This document shows, piece by piece, positions 1 through 8,372 of a DNA stretch of 15,776 bases (the first letter of the stretch is position 1; each line of letters starts with the position of its first letter). A program made the translations under genes and the position numbers. The stretch comes from Verrucomicrobiota bacterium. GTDB lineage: Bacteria; Verrucomicrobiota; Verrucomicrobiia; Limisphaerales; CANJXF01. The notes under the pieces are model-generated. The model did not search any database and was not told the origin of the DNA. It was given only the letters and a program-made list of their open reading frames with translations. Where the stretch lies: positions 1-15,776 of the forward strand of contig JBBQRQ010000115.1 in NCBI GenBank assembly GCA_038214755.1, read 5' to 3'.

Positions 1-150
1 CGCCGCTGCGTTTGTCCGCGCCGCACCGCCAACACCATCGCCTGCCGATCTTTTTCAGAGAGTTTTTCATGCTCAAAACTGTAGCAGACTGACCTAGATC
101 AGATGACACTTCCCTGACCAACATCAGATGACACTTGCCCGATCAATTCA
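1..150 (-). mobile_element. Probable IS end (family unresolved, IS481-like?) with the 5' start of an HTH-type transposase on the minus strand
   Basis: Two tandem 25-bp imperfect repeats (89-113 CTGACCTAGATCAGATGACACTTCC, 114-138 CTGACCAACATCAGATGACACTTGC) plus a partial third (139-150). The minus strand reads ...KLSEKDRQAMVLAVRRGQTQR into the window edge, resembling a transposase N-terminal HTH. ALDH homology stops abruptly here; the junction is uncertain (138-150). Confidence 0.5.
89..138. repeat. Tandem 25-bp direct repeats (core ATCAGATGACACTT), likely transposase-binding sites
   Basis: Seen directly: an identical 14-bp core at 98-111 and 123-136. Confidence 0.8.
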
Positions 151-766
151 AGCTGATCTGACGAATCGTTTGCTCGCCGCTTACCAACAAGTTCAAATTG
201 GCAATCCGCTTGATCCAAAAACTTTGATGGGGCCGCTGATTGATTCCGGCGCGGTTGAACAAATGCAAATCGCGCTCAAACAACTTCAGCGCGAGGGCGG
301 AAAAATTTTATACGGCGGCGAAAAATTGCGCGGCGCGAATTTTCCTGGCGGCGGCTATGTCAGACCGTGCATCGCGACGGCCAAAGCAAAATTCAAAATC
401 GTTCACGAAGAAACCTTCGCGCCCATTTTGTATCTGATTCCCTATCGCAAATTGGAAGACGCGATTGCCGAACATAATTCCGTCCCGCAAGGACTGAGTT
501 CCGCGATTTTTACGAACGAACTTCGCGAAGTAGAATTATTTTTGTCGAGTCGCGGCAGCGATTGCGGCATCGCCAATGTGAACATCGGAACAAGCGGCGC
601 GGAGATCGGCGGCGCGTTCGGCGGTGAAAAGGAAACGGGCGGCGGTCGGGAAAGCGGCAGTGATTCGTGGAAAAATTACATGCGCCGCCAGACCGTCACG
701 ATCAATTATTCGAATGAGTTGCCGCTCGCGCAGGGAATTAAATTCGGCGGCAGCGCGACGGCATAA
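140..766 (+). pseudogene. Aldehyde dehydrogenase family 7 (antiquitin / piperideine-6-carboxylate dehydrogenase-like), C-terminal part only, 5'-truncated
   Basis: [55 protein letters not shown] and LPLAQGIKF are ALDH7 signatures. The catalytic Cys region (GQRCT) and the N-terminal half are missing, and the ATG at 128 lies inside the repeat/IS sequence. Confidence 0.85.
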
Positions 767-774
767 CTCTCCCA

Positions 775-803
775 TTTTTTGGCCTTGACAACGGCCAATA
801 AAA
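775..803 (+). promoter_or_regulatory. Inverted repeat enclosing a TTGACA hexamer upstream of the PEP-CTERM operon (possible operator/promoter or weak terminator)
   Basis: TTTTTTGGCC-TTGACAAC-GGCCAATAAAA, with TTGACA at 785-790. No good -10 at 17-bp spacing. Confidence 0.3.
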
Positions 804-948
804 GCATTGTCTCGTCACATTGCCATGAGCTTTCGTCACTCCACGCTGGCCGCTGGATTTTCGATGTCCGTTTTAAAACTTATTCAACGAGGCCCCTCGT
901 CGGCAGGATTTTCTCACCAACTATTAGCTTAAGAAAGGAACCGCTCCA

Positions 949-1536
949 ATGAAAACGGTAATTAAGCGTCTGCTCGTCCTCGCTCTCCTGGTCCTTGGTT
1001 CGGCAACAACCTTCGGCCAACAAATTCACGTGGATGAATTTGGCGGCATCACGACCAATGGCGTCCGGGCTTTGTCGGGTGAGAGAATGCCGGATCCGTC
1101 TGGCGGACTGCTGGGATGGAATGTCCTCGTTTATAATTTGCCGTTTGTTGGGATGCAGGGGGACGTGCTTATTCAGGATCCATTTGAGTCGGGCAGTCCA
1201 ATTCTTGACGTGCTCCGTTTCGACGGACAATCCCACCTGATCTTTTATTCGGATAGCATCCACGGAATTAGCGCTCCAGCCGACACGCCGGGACCGCCGA
1301 ATCCTTTGTACGCAAATATCATTTTCATTAATGAGCAGGTGACAAACAACTTTAGCTTTGCCGACTACACGCCACTGGCAGGGCAACCGGGTTGGGACGC
1401 AGTGAATCCAACTTACCGTTTTATCAGCGAAGGCGTGGTGCCGGAACCGCGGAGCACCCTCCTCATCCTGGGCGGCCTGGGAGTCTTCGCACTGGCGCAG
1501 GTTCGCAGGAAATTCGTTGCGGGCGCGAAAAAATGA
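949..1536 (+). CDS. PEP-CTERM sorting domain-containing secreted protein
   Basis: Signal peptide MKTVIKRLLVLALLVLGSATTFG; C-terminal VPEP + hydrophobic helix + RRK basic tail; AAGGA RBS upstream. Confidence 0.9.
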   Translation: MKTVIKRLLVLALLVLGSATTFGQQIHVDEFGGITTNGVRALSGERMPDPSGGLLGWNVLVYNLPFVGMQGDVLIQDPFESGSPILDVLRFDGQSHLIFYSDSIHGISAPADTPGPPNPLYANIIFINEQVTNNFSFADYTPLAGQPGWDAVNPTYRFISEGVVPEPRSTLLILGGLGVFALAQVRRKFVAGAKK

Positions 1537-1562
1537 TCGGCGCCCTCTCCGTAAAAAGTAGA

Positions 1563-2156
1563 ATGAAAATGAAACACCTCGTCCGTATTTGCGTCGTGAC
1601 AGCCGCGCTGATGTCGATCGCCGTGGCTGCGCCCAAAGAAGAACCTGCGGAAGAGACGGAACTCCCCGTTGGGCAACAAGCGCCTGGCTTCACGTTGCAA
1701 GACCAAGCTGGCCGAGAAGTTTCGTTGGAGACGCTCCTCAGAAAAGGCCCGGTCGCGGTGGTTTTTTTTCGTTCGGCGGACTGGTGTCTCTACTGCAAGT
1801 TGCAGTTGGTCCAACTGCAACGAAATCTGAAAGAGATCAAGGCCTCCGGCGGCCAGGTCGTTTGCATCAGCTATGATCCGGTCGAGAAACTAAAAAGCTT
1901 TGCTGACCGGCAAAAAATTTCCTTCCCGCTTCTCTCAGACATCGGCAGCAAGACGATCGATGCCTACGGCATGCGCGCGCCGGATGGAACCGCCCAGTAC
2001 GCCGGCGTTTCCCGTCACGCCACGTTTGTCTTGGATCAGAAGGGCGTGATCCGCGAAAAGTTTTCCGTTTTGAGCTATGAGGATCGTCCGGCTATCAGCG
2101 CCTTGGTCAAAGCGCTGAAGCAGGCGCAAACTGTGAAGGGAGGAATCGAACCATGA
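1563..2156 (+). CDS. Exported AhpC/TSA (redoxin, peroxiredoxin-like) family protein
   Basis: VGQQAPGFTLQDQAG...VVFFRSADWCLYCKLQL (CxxC), ISYD, FPLLSD, ATFVLDQKGVIR; signal peptide MKMKHLVRICVVTAALMSIAVAA. An alternative start at 1533 overlaps the upstream stop (ATGA). Confidence 0.85.
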   Translation: MKMKHLVRICVVTAALMSIAVAAPKEEPAEETELPVGQQAPGFTLQDQAGREVSLETLLRKGPVAVVFFRSADWCLYCKLQLVQLQRNLKEIKASGGQVVCISYDPVEKLKSFADRQKISFPLLSDIGSKTIDAYGMRAPDGTAQYAGVSRHATFVLDQKGVIREKFSVLSYEDRPAISALVKALKQAQTVKGGIEP

Positions 2157-4981
2157 ACACATTCAATCCGCCAAAGAAACACCAGAACGCTACTCCGCGT
2201 CGCCGCTGGGGGCGCGAACGGACGCGCGAACCGATAAAAAGACGTGGTTATAATTTTATCGGCACGTTCGCCATTTTGATCACCACTTTCTTCGAGTGTT
2301 CTACTTCGGCCAAAACAAATTTCGTGGTAAACACCAGCAGCGATCCGGCCAATGTTTTTGAATGTTCCCTCACCGCGACTCCCATGGATGTGACGATCGC
2401 CGGCAAAACTGTCCATGCGATGACCTATAAAGACGACGCTCCCGTTGCGGTCGCGCCTTGCCCGTGCGATGGCATCCCCATTCTGGTGATGAATTTGAAG
2501 GTGGGGCAGATGGTCATTTGCCATTTCAAAAACTCCCTTCCCATCGCCACAACGCCCGAGGGTGCCAGTATTCATTGGCACGGGATCGAACTCGACAACG
2601 AGAGCGACGGCACGGCGGTGACGCAGGATGCTCTTCAGGAAGGCCAAACCTATACCTACCGTTTCAAAGTGACGCGGCCCGGTCTGTTCTGGTTCCACTC
2701 CCACATGACGCCTGGCAACACGACCTTTGCCGGGATGTATGGAGTGATTCTGATTCCAAACAATATCGAGCCAACTCTCGTCACAGCCAACAAACTGCCG
2801 CCTTCAAATTTCACTTACACGATGGCCTTGAGCGATATCGAATTCAATCCAACCAACTCCGCTCCCGACTACGGCAAAGTCGGCAAGCTCCTCGACGGTG
2901 TCTGGACGGATATTAACGATCTGGTCAACAAGTGTCACCAAAATCCCGGCAATGGCAATGACGCCTGCAACGCGGCTGGAACCCCGGGCAAGACTGTCCT
3001 CTTAAATGGTGAAAACCCCAACACCACTCCGACCACCAATGATGTGCCATCCGGACAACGCGTCCGCCTCCACCTCCTCAACGAAGCTCTCTCCAGACAT
3101 TTCAGACTTAAACTTCTCAACGCAGCGAGCAATCAGATCTCTCTTTACCGCATCGGTGGGCAGGGTGGGCTGTTGAACAACCCTCGACTCGAAGGAGGAG
3201 TGCAAGGGACACGGGACACAGGATTCGACCCGGGCGAAGTCGCGATCGGTTCTGGTGATCGGGTGGACACGATTGCTCTTTTGTCCGGCAACGAGGGAGA
3301 CATCATCCGGTTGGTCGGCAATCCTCTCAAGAAGCCGCCCGGTTCGACGTTGCCACCTACTTTTGCGTTGGATAAGGGTCTCCCCGTAAATTATCCCGTT
3401 GCCTTCTTTAGAATTCGCGGGGTCAAACCAACCCCGGATCCCGTGCCATGTACTTGCGATACTATTCTGGAAGGCACGTCCGAACAGGTTCCCAGGCTCA
3501 CCGGCCCGACCAACTCCCTGACCGATGGCCGTCCGTGTCCGGGGACTAATAACCACGTCATCCGTCTGACCAACGCGCAGACGGTCAACGGCCAGAACAA
3601 AACGGAACCTGCCATCGACTTGTCCGAAGGCGCTCTCGAAGGGAATGCGGGTAATGGTGATTTTTTAACTTTGCCGCACCCGACTACCGCTCGTTACGCG
3701 CGTGTGGGAGATTTACTCGAACTTTCCGTCAGAAACGAAACTGAAACCGTTCACCCCTTTCATCTGCATGGCTTCTCGTTGCAGCCGATGCGCGTTTTGG
3801 ATAACGCGTCGGGAAATACAATTTATACTTACAATTACAATGAATTCGTAGACACGATCGACGTGTATGGCGGTGGGCTGGACGCGGCCACCAACAAAAC
3901 CCCGGGACAGACTCTCGTCTTTCGAGTGCGGCTGGAGGATCGCTCAAAGATTTGTGATCAGGCGACAGGTCCAGTTCTCTTGCCCTGTGGTGACGGACCT
4001 CTCGGTGGGGCGGTTGGCCGATGGTTATTCCATTGCCACATTTTCAGCCATGCCGGTCTTGGCATGATGAGCGAATTGGTCGTGCTGGATAACTCCCAGG
4101 AAACCAAATGGCGCCAGCGGCCAGACCTGACGCCAACCGGGGTGGACGTGATGGCTACAGCCAGCGCCGGATCGAAAACGGTGGCGGAGGATTTCCTGTG
4201 CAGCAGCAATGGCTGGATCACCGGCGTTCGTATTTGGGGCTCGTGGATAAATGATGTCGTGGATGCCAACGCCACCTTCGAATTAAAATTCTGGACGGAT
4301 GTTCCAGCTTTCGGCGGAACCCCGAGCCGTCCCGGCTGGCAGATTTGGCGGAGGTTATATCCAGCGGGCACTTACACCAGCAGCCTCGAGGCCTTTGTCT
4401 TTCCTAACGAGGCTTTTTATGATCCCAGTCAGAACAATATAATTGGCTTCGACACGCAAGTGCATCGCTATGGCTTCGCCATTCCACAGTGCCGGGAGAC
4501 ATTCGACCGATTGCTTCCCAACACCGCGAGCGGGTTTTATCAACATTCAGGAAATATTTATTGGTTGAGTGTTACGGCCTACACAACCAACGGAACGTTC
4601 GGGTGGAAAACTTGCGTGCTCAACGACCGTTACAACGATGACGGCTCCTGGAGTCCAACCCTCATCGGTCCTCAATGGCGCGAATTGCGATATCCATCCA
4701 GCCACTCGTTCGCTCAACAAAGCATGGGACTCGCGTTCGAACTCGACAACCCGGCAACCATCGCGATGCCGACGAACTCACCGGTGCCGCCGATCATGTC
4801 CGCGCCTCCACTTTCCGTCGGGTTGTCCGGCAATCAAATTATTATCTCCTGGGAAGTGGGAGGGATTCTGCAATACGCCGACAACATCACTGGACCCTGG
4901 ACCGATTTGGATGGCGCGGCGCGGCCCTACCTGACGCCGGCGGACGCGCCTCGTCGCTTCTACCGCGTCCGGATGCCGTAG
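2153..4981 (+). CDS. Secreted multicopper oxidase (laccase/CueO-like) with extra C-terminal domains
   Basis: All four Cu motifs are intact: IHWHG, WFHSH, HPFHLHG, HCHIFSHAGLGMM (axial Met). They are followed by a ~220-aa Trp-rich domain (KWRQRPDL...AEDFLC...IWGSW...YWLSV...FGWKT), a Pro-rich linker and a terminal ISW..GILQ...GPW...RRFYRVR module. ATGA overlap with the upstream gene. Confidence 0.92.
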   Translation: MNTFNPPKKHQNATPRRRWGRERTREPIKRRGYNFIGTFAILITTFFECSTSAKTNFVVNTSSDPANVFECSLTATPMDVTIAGKTVHAMTYKDDAPVAVAPCPCDGIPILVMNLKVGQMVICHFKNSLPIATTPEGASIHWHGIELDNESDGTAVTQDALQEGQTYTYRFKVTRPGLFWFHSHMTPGNTTFAGMYGVILIPNNIEPTLVTANKLPPSNFTYTMALSDIEFNPTNSAPDYGKVGKLLDGVWTDINDLVNKCHQNPGNGNDACNAAGTPGKTVLLNGENPNTTPTTNDVPSGQRVRLHLLNEALSRHFRLKLLNAASNQISLYRIGGQGGLLNNPRLEGGVQGTRDTGFDPGEVAIGSGDRVDTIALLSGNEGDIIRLVGNPLKKPPGSTLPPTFALDKGLPVNYPVAFFRIRGVKPTPDPVPCTCDTILEGTSEQVPRLTGPTNSLTDGRPCPGTNNHVIRLTNAQTVNGQNKTEPAIDLSEGALEGNAGNGDFLTLPHPTTARYARVGDLLELSVRNETETVHPFHLHGFSLQPMRVLDNASGNTIYTYNYNEFVDTIDVYGGGLDAATNKTPGQTLVFRVRLEDRSKICDQATGPVLLPCGDGPLGGAVGRWLFHCHIFSHAGLGMMSELVVLDNSQETKWRQRPDLTPTGVDVMATASAGSKTVAEDFLCSSNGWITGVRIWGSWINDVVDANATFELKFWTDVPAFGGTPSRPGWQIWRRLYPAGTYTSSLEAFVFPNEAFYDPSQNNIIGFDTQVHRYGFAIPQCRETFDRLLPNTASGFYQHSGNIYWLSVTAYTTNGTFGWKTCVLNDRYNDDGSWSPTLIGPQWRELRYPSSHSFAQQSMGLAFELDNPATIAMPTNSPVPPIMSAPPLSVGLSGNQIIISWEVGGILQYADNITGPWTDLDGAARPYLTPADAPRRFYRVRMP

Positions 4982-5044
4982 CGAGTGCCGAGTCTGCGGC
5001 AATCCTGTTGATTCTGCGCGCTTTTTCCTTAATTTGGGAAGGAC

Positions 5045-6466
5045 ATGAGCGCTCCACTTGCTGAAACGTCTCTCGATGAGACGACCAATCCTCAAGGAAA
5101 TTACGACCCGACGAAGTTCGATTGGCCGCTCGCTTTCGACGCGGAAAATTTTCTTCGCGAACGAATCCAAACTTTTTTGGGCAATAACCAGTTCGCCGCG
5201 CAACTCGCTGCTCGGATGCAAAATGAAACCGGCACCGATTTTTTCGAGTGGATCGATCATCTCGTCCTTTCGCCCGACGACGAAACCGGTTTGCGCAAAG
5301 TTGGCTTCGTGACTCAAAAACTTGAAACACCCAACGGCGAAGTCGTGTTGCATCATCCGCGCGCGACGCTGCCCCGCGCGCTTTTGCGCTCAAATGGAAA
5401 AAAAAATCCCACTGCCATCGCATTGCGGCCCGAATTCATCGCCGATTTTCTGCGCGCAAATAATTTGACGGCGACACCGGAAGGCGAGCCATTTTCCCGT
5501 TACCGCCGCCTGTTGGTTTCTTCGGAAAATGGAACGCGACTCGAAGCGGTCGAGCGCCATGCTTATCTCGGATTTATTCCCGCTCCTCTGAAAAACGATG
5601 AGTTGAAAAACAGGATCAAAGCCAGGGAACTTTGGCGCACCCGCAAACGCCAGTTCGCCGATGCCGCCGAGGGTTTCGCGCATGCCAATGAAATTCTCGA
5701 TGAATCACTGAAACTGGTTGGCCGCGATTTGTCCTGCGAATTTTATTTCGCCGAAGAACGCGCTTACTGGGAAAGCCGCAATCGCGCCGCGCGCATTCAG
5801 AAACGCCGGCAAGACACGCTCGGCCTGGGCTGGGGCAATCACGATCACCACACCTTCCGCAGTTCACGCAAACATTTCGTTGACCTCATGGCCTTTCTCA
5901 CGCGACTCGGCATGGAGAAACGCGAACGCTACTACGCTGGAGCAGAAGCTGGGTGGGGCGCGCAAATCTCCGAGCAAGCGGTCGTGGGCATCGTCGTTTT
6001 TGCCGACGTCGATCTGATGCCGGACGAAACGCAGATTGATTTTTCAGCCATTCGCCTCGCGCCCGCGCCCAATCTCGGCACCGTTGGACTTTGGATTGGT
6101 TTGCATGGCGAAAGTTTTCTCGACGCGGGAATGCATCATCTGGAAGCGCGCTTCGATTTTGATTTGCTGCGCGATCAGTTGAAGGAACAAGGCGTGAACA
6201 CGATGAATCCCTTTTCGAATTTTGAATTTCTGCGCCAGGCTTTTACGGAAGGCGAACGCTGGAAAGTTTCAAGCGCACGCGCCGAAAAACTTCTGGCAGC
6301 GAAACTGATTACGCCTGAGCAATCAGAAAAATTCCTGCGTGAAGGGGCCATCGGCAGCCATTTGGAAAACCTGCAACGTCGCGGCGGCTTCAAAGGTTTC
6401 AATCAAAAATCCGTCAGCGTGATCATCGCCGGAACCGATCCGCGCAAGCAGCATTTTGCGGCGTGA
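5045..6466 (+). CDS. Conserved hypothetical protein, probable VOC/HglS (DUF1338)-like metalloenzyme
   Basis: Long clean ORF with a GGAAGG RBS; motifs NHDHHTFRS, GMHHLEA, LRQAFT, HLENLQRRGGFKGF. The function is inferred. Confidence 0.8.
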   Translation: MSAPLAETSLDETTNPQGNYDPTKFDWPLAFDAENFLRERIQTFLGNNQFAAQLAARMQNETGTDFFEWIDHLVLSPDDETGLRKVGFVTQKLETPNGEVVLHHPRATLPRALLRSNGKKNPTAIALRPEFIADFLRANNLTATPEGEPFSRYRRLLVSSENGTRLEAVERHAYLGFIPAPLKNDELKNRIKARELWRTRKRQFADAAEGFAHANEILDESLKLVGRDLSCEFYFAEERAYWESRNRAARIQKRRQDTLGLGWGNHDHHTFRSSRKHFVDLMAFLTRLGMEKRERYYAGAEAGWGAQISEQAVVGIVVFADVDLMPDETQIDFSAIRLAPAPNLGTVGLWIGLHGESFLDAGMHHLEARFDFDLLRDQLKEQGVNTMNPFSNFEFLRQAFTEGERWKVSSARAEKLLAAKLITPEQSEKFLREGAIGSHLENLQRRGGFKGFNQKSVSVIIAGTDPRKQHFAA

Positions 6467-6525
6467 ATTTTGAGCGGCTTCAAAGAATGCCCGCCCCGGG
6501 TGTGATTTCAACTGACGGTCAGGAC

Positions 6526-6628
6526 AAAAGCGCCAGAGGACTGGCGCACTCCAAGACGCTTCGCGCCGTTCATGTGCCATCGAAGTTCGCGTGAGCGTCT
6601 TGGAGTGCGGCGGTCCTCCGCCGCTTTT
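6526..6628. repeat. REP-like inverted doublet (GGAG-type); each arm has its own hairpin
   Basis: AAAAGCGCCAGAGGACTGGCGCACTCCAAGACGCT ... AGCGTCTTGGAGTGCGGCGGTCCTCCGCCGCTTTT. Confidence 0.85.
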
Positions 6629-6678
6629 AACAGCACCGGTAATGACCGCCACTTGGAATCACGCCCGCCCGCGTCTCC

Positions 6679-6713
6679 TTGACCACTCTTAATTCGGCGG
6701 GCATTGTCTTCAC
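6679..6713 (+). promoter_or_regulatory. Putative sigma70 promoter for a leaderless transcript
   Basis: TTGACC-17 nt-CATTGT-6 nt-ATG(6714); no Shine-Dalgarno. Confidence 0.5.
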
Positions 6714-7145
6714 ATGAACAGAGCTCCTGAACTTTTTCCGATTGACAGCATCACTCCGCTGGAATGGGCGTGGGTGCAGGATTTGATCCAGGAGGTTCAG
6801 CGACAGGAACTGGGCGATGCCTTCGCGAGAAATTTGGGTGAATGGGATTTGGCCGTCCGCCAGTTCCGCAAAGTGGAATATCGTCGCATCATTCTCGGCT
6901 CGCCGACGGAAGATGACTTTCTTCATCACGCGGCTTGCCTTCACGCATTGCTCGCGTTGGGAAATATTTTATTGATGGAAACGCGCAAGTTTTCCGATTC
7001 CGATCTGACCGCCCTTGGCATTGCACGACAAACAGTGGCTGCTTATGTCGCCGAACTGGAACAAAGTTTTCGCGAATGGCATCACGGTATTTCTGAAACA
7101 GAATTGAACGCCGTAAGGGAAAAAATTTTCGGTGGCACGCCCTGA
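6714..7145 (+). CDS. Hypothetical protein (predicted all-alpha), first gene of a two-gene cassette
   Basis: 143-aa ORF with a promoter-like sequence directly upstream; overlaps the next ORF. Confidence 0.7.
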   Translation: MNRAPELFPIDSITPLEWAWVQDLIQEVQRQELGDAFARNLGEWDLAVRQFRKVEYRRIILGSPTEDDFLHHAACLHALLALGNILLMETRKFSDSDLTALGIARQTVAAYVAELEQSFREWHHGISETELNAVREKIFGGTP

Positions 7146-7356
7146 CTACATCGCGCAGCTTCACGCCGCTAAATACGATTTGAGATTTTGCAGCGGCGAA
7201 GAAAAATTAGGTATGCTTCGTCGATACCGCGCGGCTCTACAGGAAGCAGCTCGGAAGGCCGGCATCACGGAGTATCTTTTGGAAGCGGCTGTAGCGCGTG
7301 ATTTCGGTGAATGGGTGAAACAGGAGAAACTTCCCAAACCGCCCAAATCTTCGTGA
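7132..7356 (+). CDS. Small basic hypothetical protein, second gene of the cassette
   Basis: GTG start overlapping the upstream ORF by 14 nt; 74 aa, amphipathic-helix-like composition. Confidence 0.6.
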   Translation: MARPDYIAQLHAAKYDLRFCSGEEKLGMLRRYRAALQEAARKAGITEYLLEAAVARDFGEWVKQEKLPKPPKSS

Positions 7357-7514
7357 CCAAAAAACAACTTTGCTTTCGTTTGATTTACGATACGTGTTAC
7401 CAATGAGGACTGCGCGATAATGGCGCCAATTCTCCCCCGATTTTTGCCATTCAATTATTGCGGCCCACTCAAGAATTTCAAAAGTAAGAAGACGCAGCCG
7501 CCCGGCGAACGACG

Positions 7515-7549
7515 TTGCGGGCGGCGAGTAGTTCATTAAGATTAAATCC
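7515..7549 (+). promoter_or_regulatory. Putative leaderless promoter of the Uma2 gene
   Basis: TTGCGG-16 nt-TAAGAT-7 nt-ATG(7550). Confidence 0.5.
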
Positions 7550-8128
7550 ATGAGCGCGATTCTAAAAACGGACGGAGTGATTTCGCCGGAGGAATATATC
7601 GAAGGCGAATTGTTATCGGAGATTCGGCATGAATACGTGGAAGGCCGCGTTTACGCAATGGCAGGTGCGAGCGCCGATCATAACCGAATTGCGGGAAATA
7701 TTTTTGGGGAACTTCGGGAACGATTGCGTAGAAGCAAATGCGAGGCCTTCATCAATGACATGAAAGCCAGAATTCCGCCGCATTTTGCCGATGCTTTTTA
7801 TTATCCCGATGTCATGGTGACTTGCGACCCAGCGGATGACGCGAAGTATTTTCGCGAACGCCCCTCCTTTATTTTCGAAGTGCTCTCGCCCGACACGGAA
7901 CGGACCGACCGCCGGGAAAAAGCGATCTCTTACCGACAGATTTCTGGTATCAAAGCCTATGTCATTTTTGAGCAGGATCGCATCGCGGCCACCGTTTTGC
8001 GGACTGCGGAAGTCGGCTGGGCCAGCGAAACTCTCGAAGGGAAAAGTGCGCTGCTAAAACTGCCGGAAATCGGCATTGAGATTCCATTGGAAAAATTTTA
8101 TGAGCGCACTACAGCCGGCAAAAAATGA
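7550..8128 (+). CDS. Uma2 family (DUF820) PD-(D/E)xK endonuclease
   Basis: EEY...E..SEIRHEYVEG.VYAMAGAS..HNRI, YYPDVMVTCD, P.FIFEVLSP.T...DR.EK...Y. Confidence 0.93.
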   Translation: MSAILKTDGVISPEEYIEGELLSEIRHEYVEGRVYAMAGASADHNRIAGNIFGELRERLRRSKCEAFINDMKARIPPHFADAFYYPDVMVTCDPADDAKYFRERPSFIFEVLSPDTERTDRREKAISYRQISGIKAYVIFEQDRIAATVLRTAEVGWASETLEGKSALLKLPEIGIEIPLEKFYERTTAGKK

Positions 8129-8372
8129 AGAAGGGATGGAAGACTCAAAGCGCGAAACTCCTGCCCTCCCTGATTTAAATCCCGAATCATAGCTTTGCAG
8201 GATTGTCGCTCGACCATTCAAGTTGTGCGGAAAGTTTTTTCCACGTGGCGGGCTGCTACACTCTGCTAAAAAACAAGACACTCAGCCACGTTGGAGAAGC
8301 ATGAACGAGAGGAGAGTGCTGAGGCACACGGTTTGCTCAGACGCGCGGACGAGGGAGACCGTTCTTTTGTTT

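Noticed and set aside
89..150. Direct repeats as a possible CRISPR array or replication iterons
   Set aside because: Only about 2.5 abutting units with no spacers and no cas or rep gene; an IS end fits better.
825..870. ATGAGC... segment as a duplicated 5' end of the 5045 gene
   Set aside because: Only scattered 6-mers are shared, which is not distinguishable from chance.
880..1386. 168-aa minus-strand ORF and other short ORFs overlapping the 949-6466 genes
   Set aside because: Antisense or alternate-frame shadows of well-supported genes.
1392..1562. N-terminal extension of the redoxin ORF; also checked for a selenocysteine TGA
   Set aside because: The extension overlaps the PEP-CTERM gene and precedes a clear signal peptide. 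The active site is a plain CxxC with no in-frame TGA.
7357..7514. Intergenic stretch as a possible gene remnant or sRNA
   Set aside because: No recognisable homology or stable hairpin by eye.
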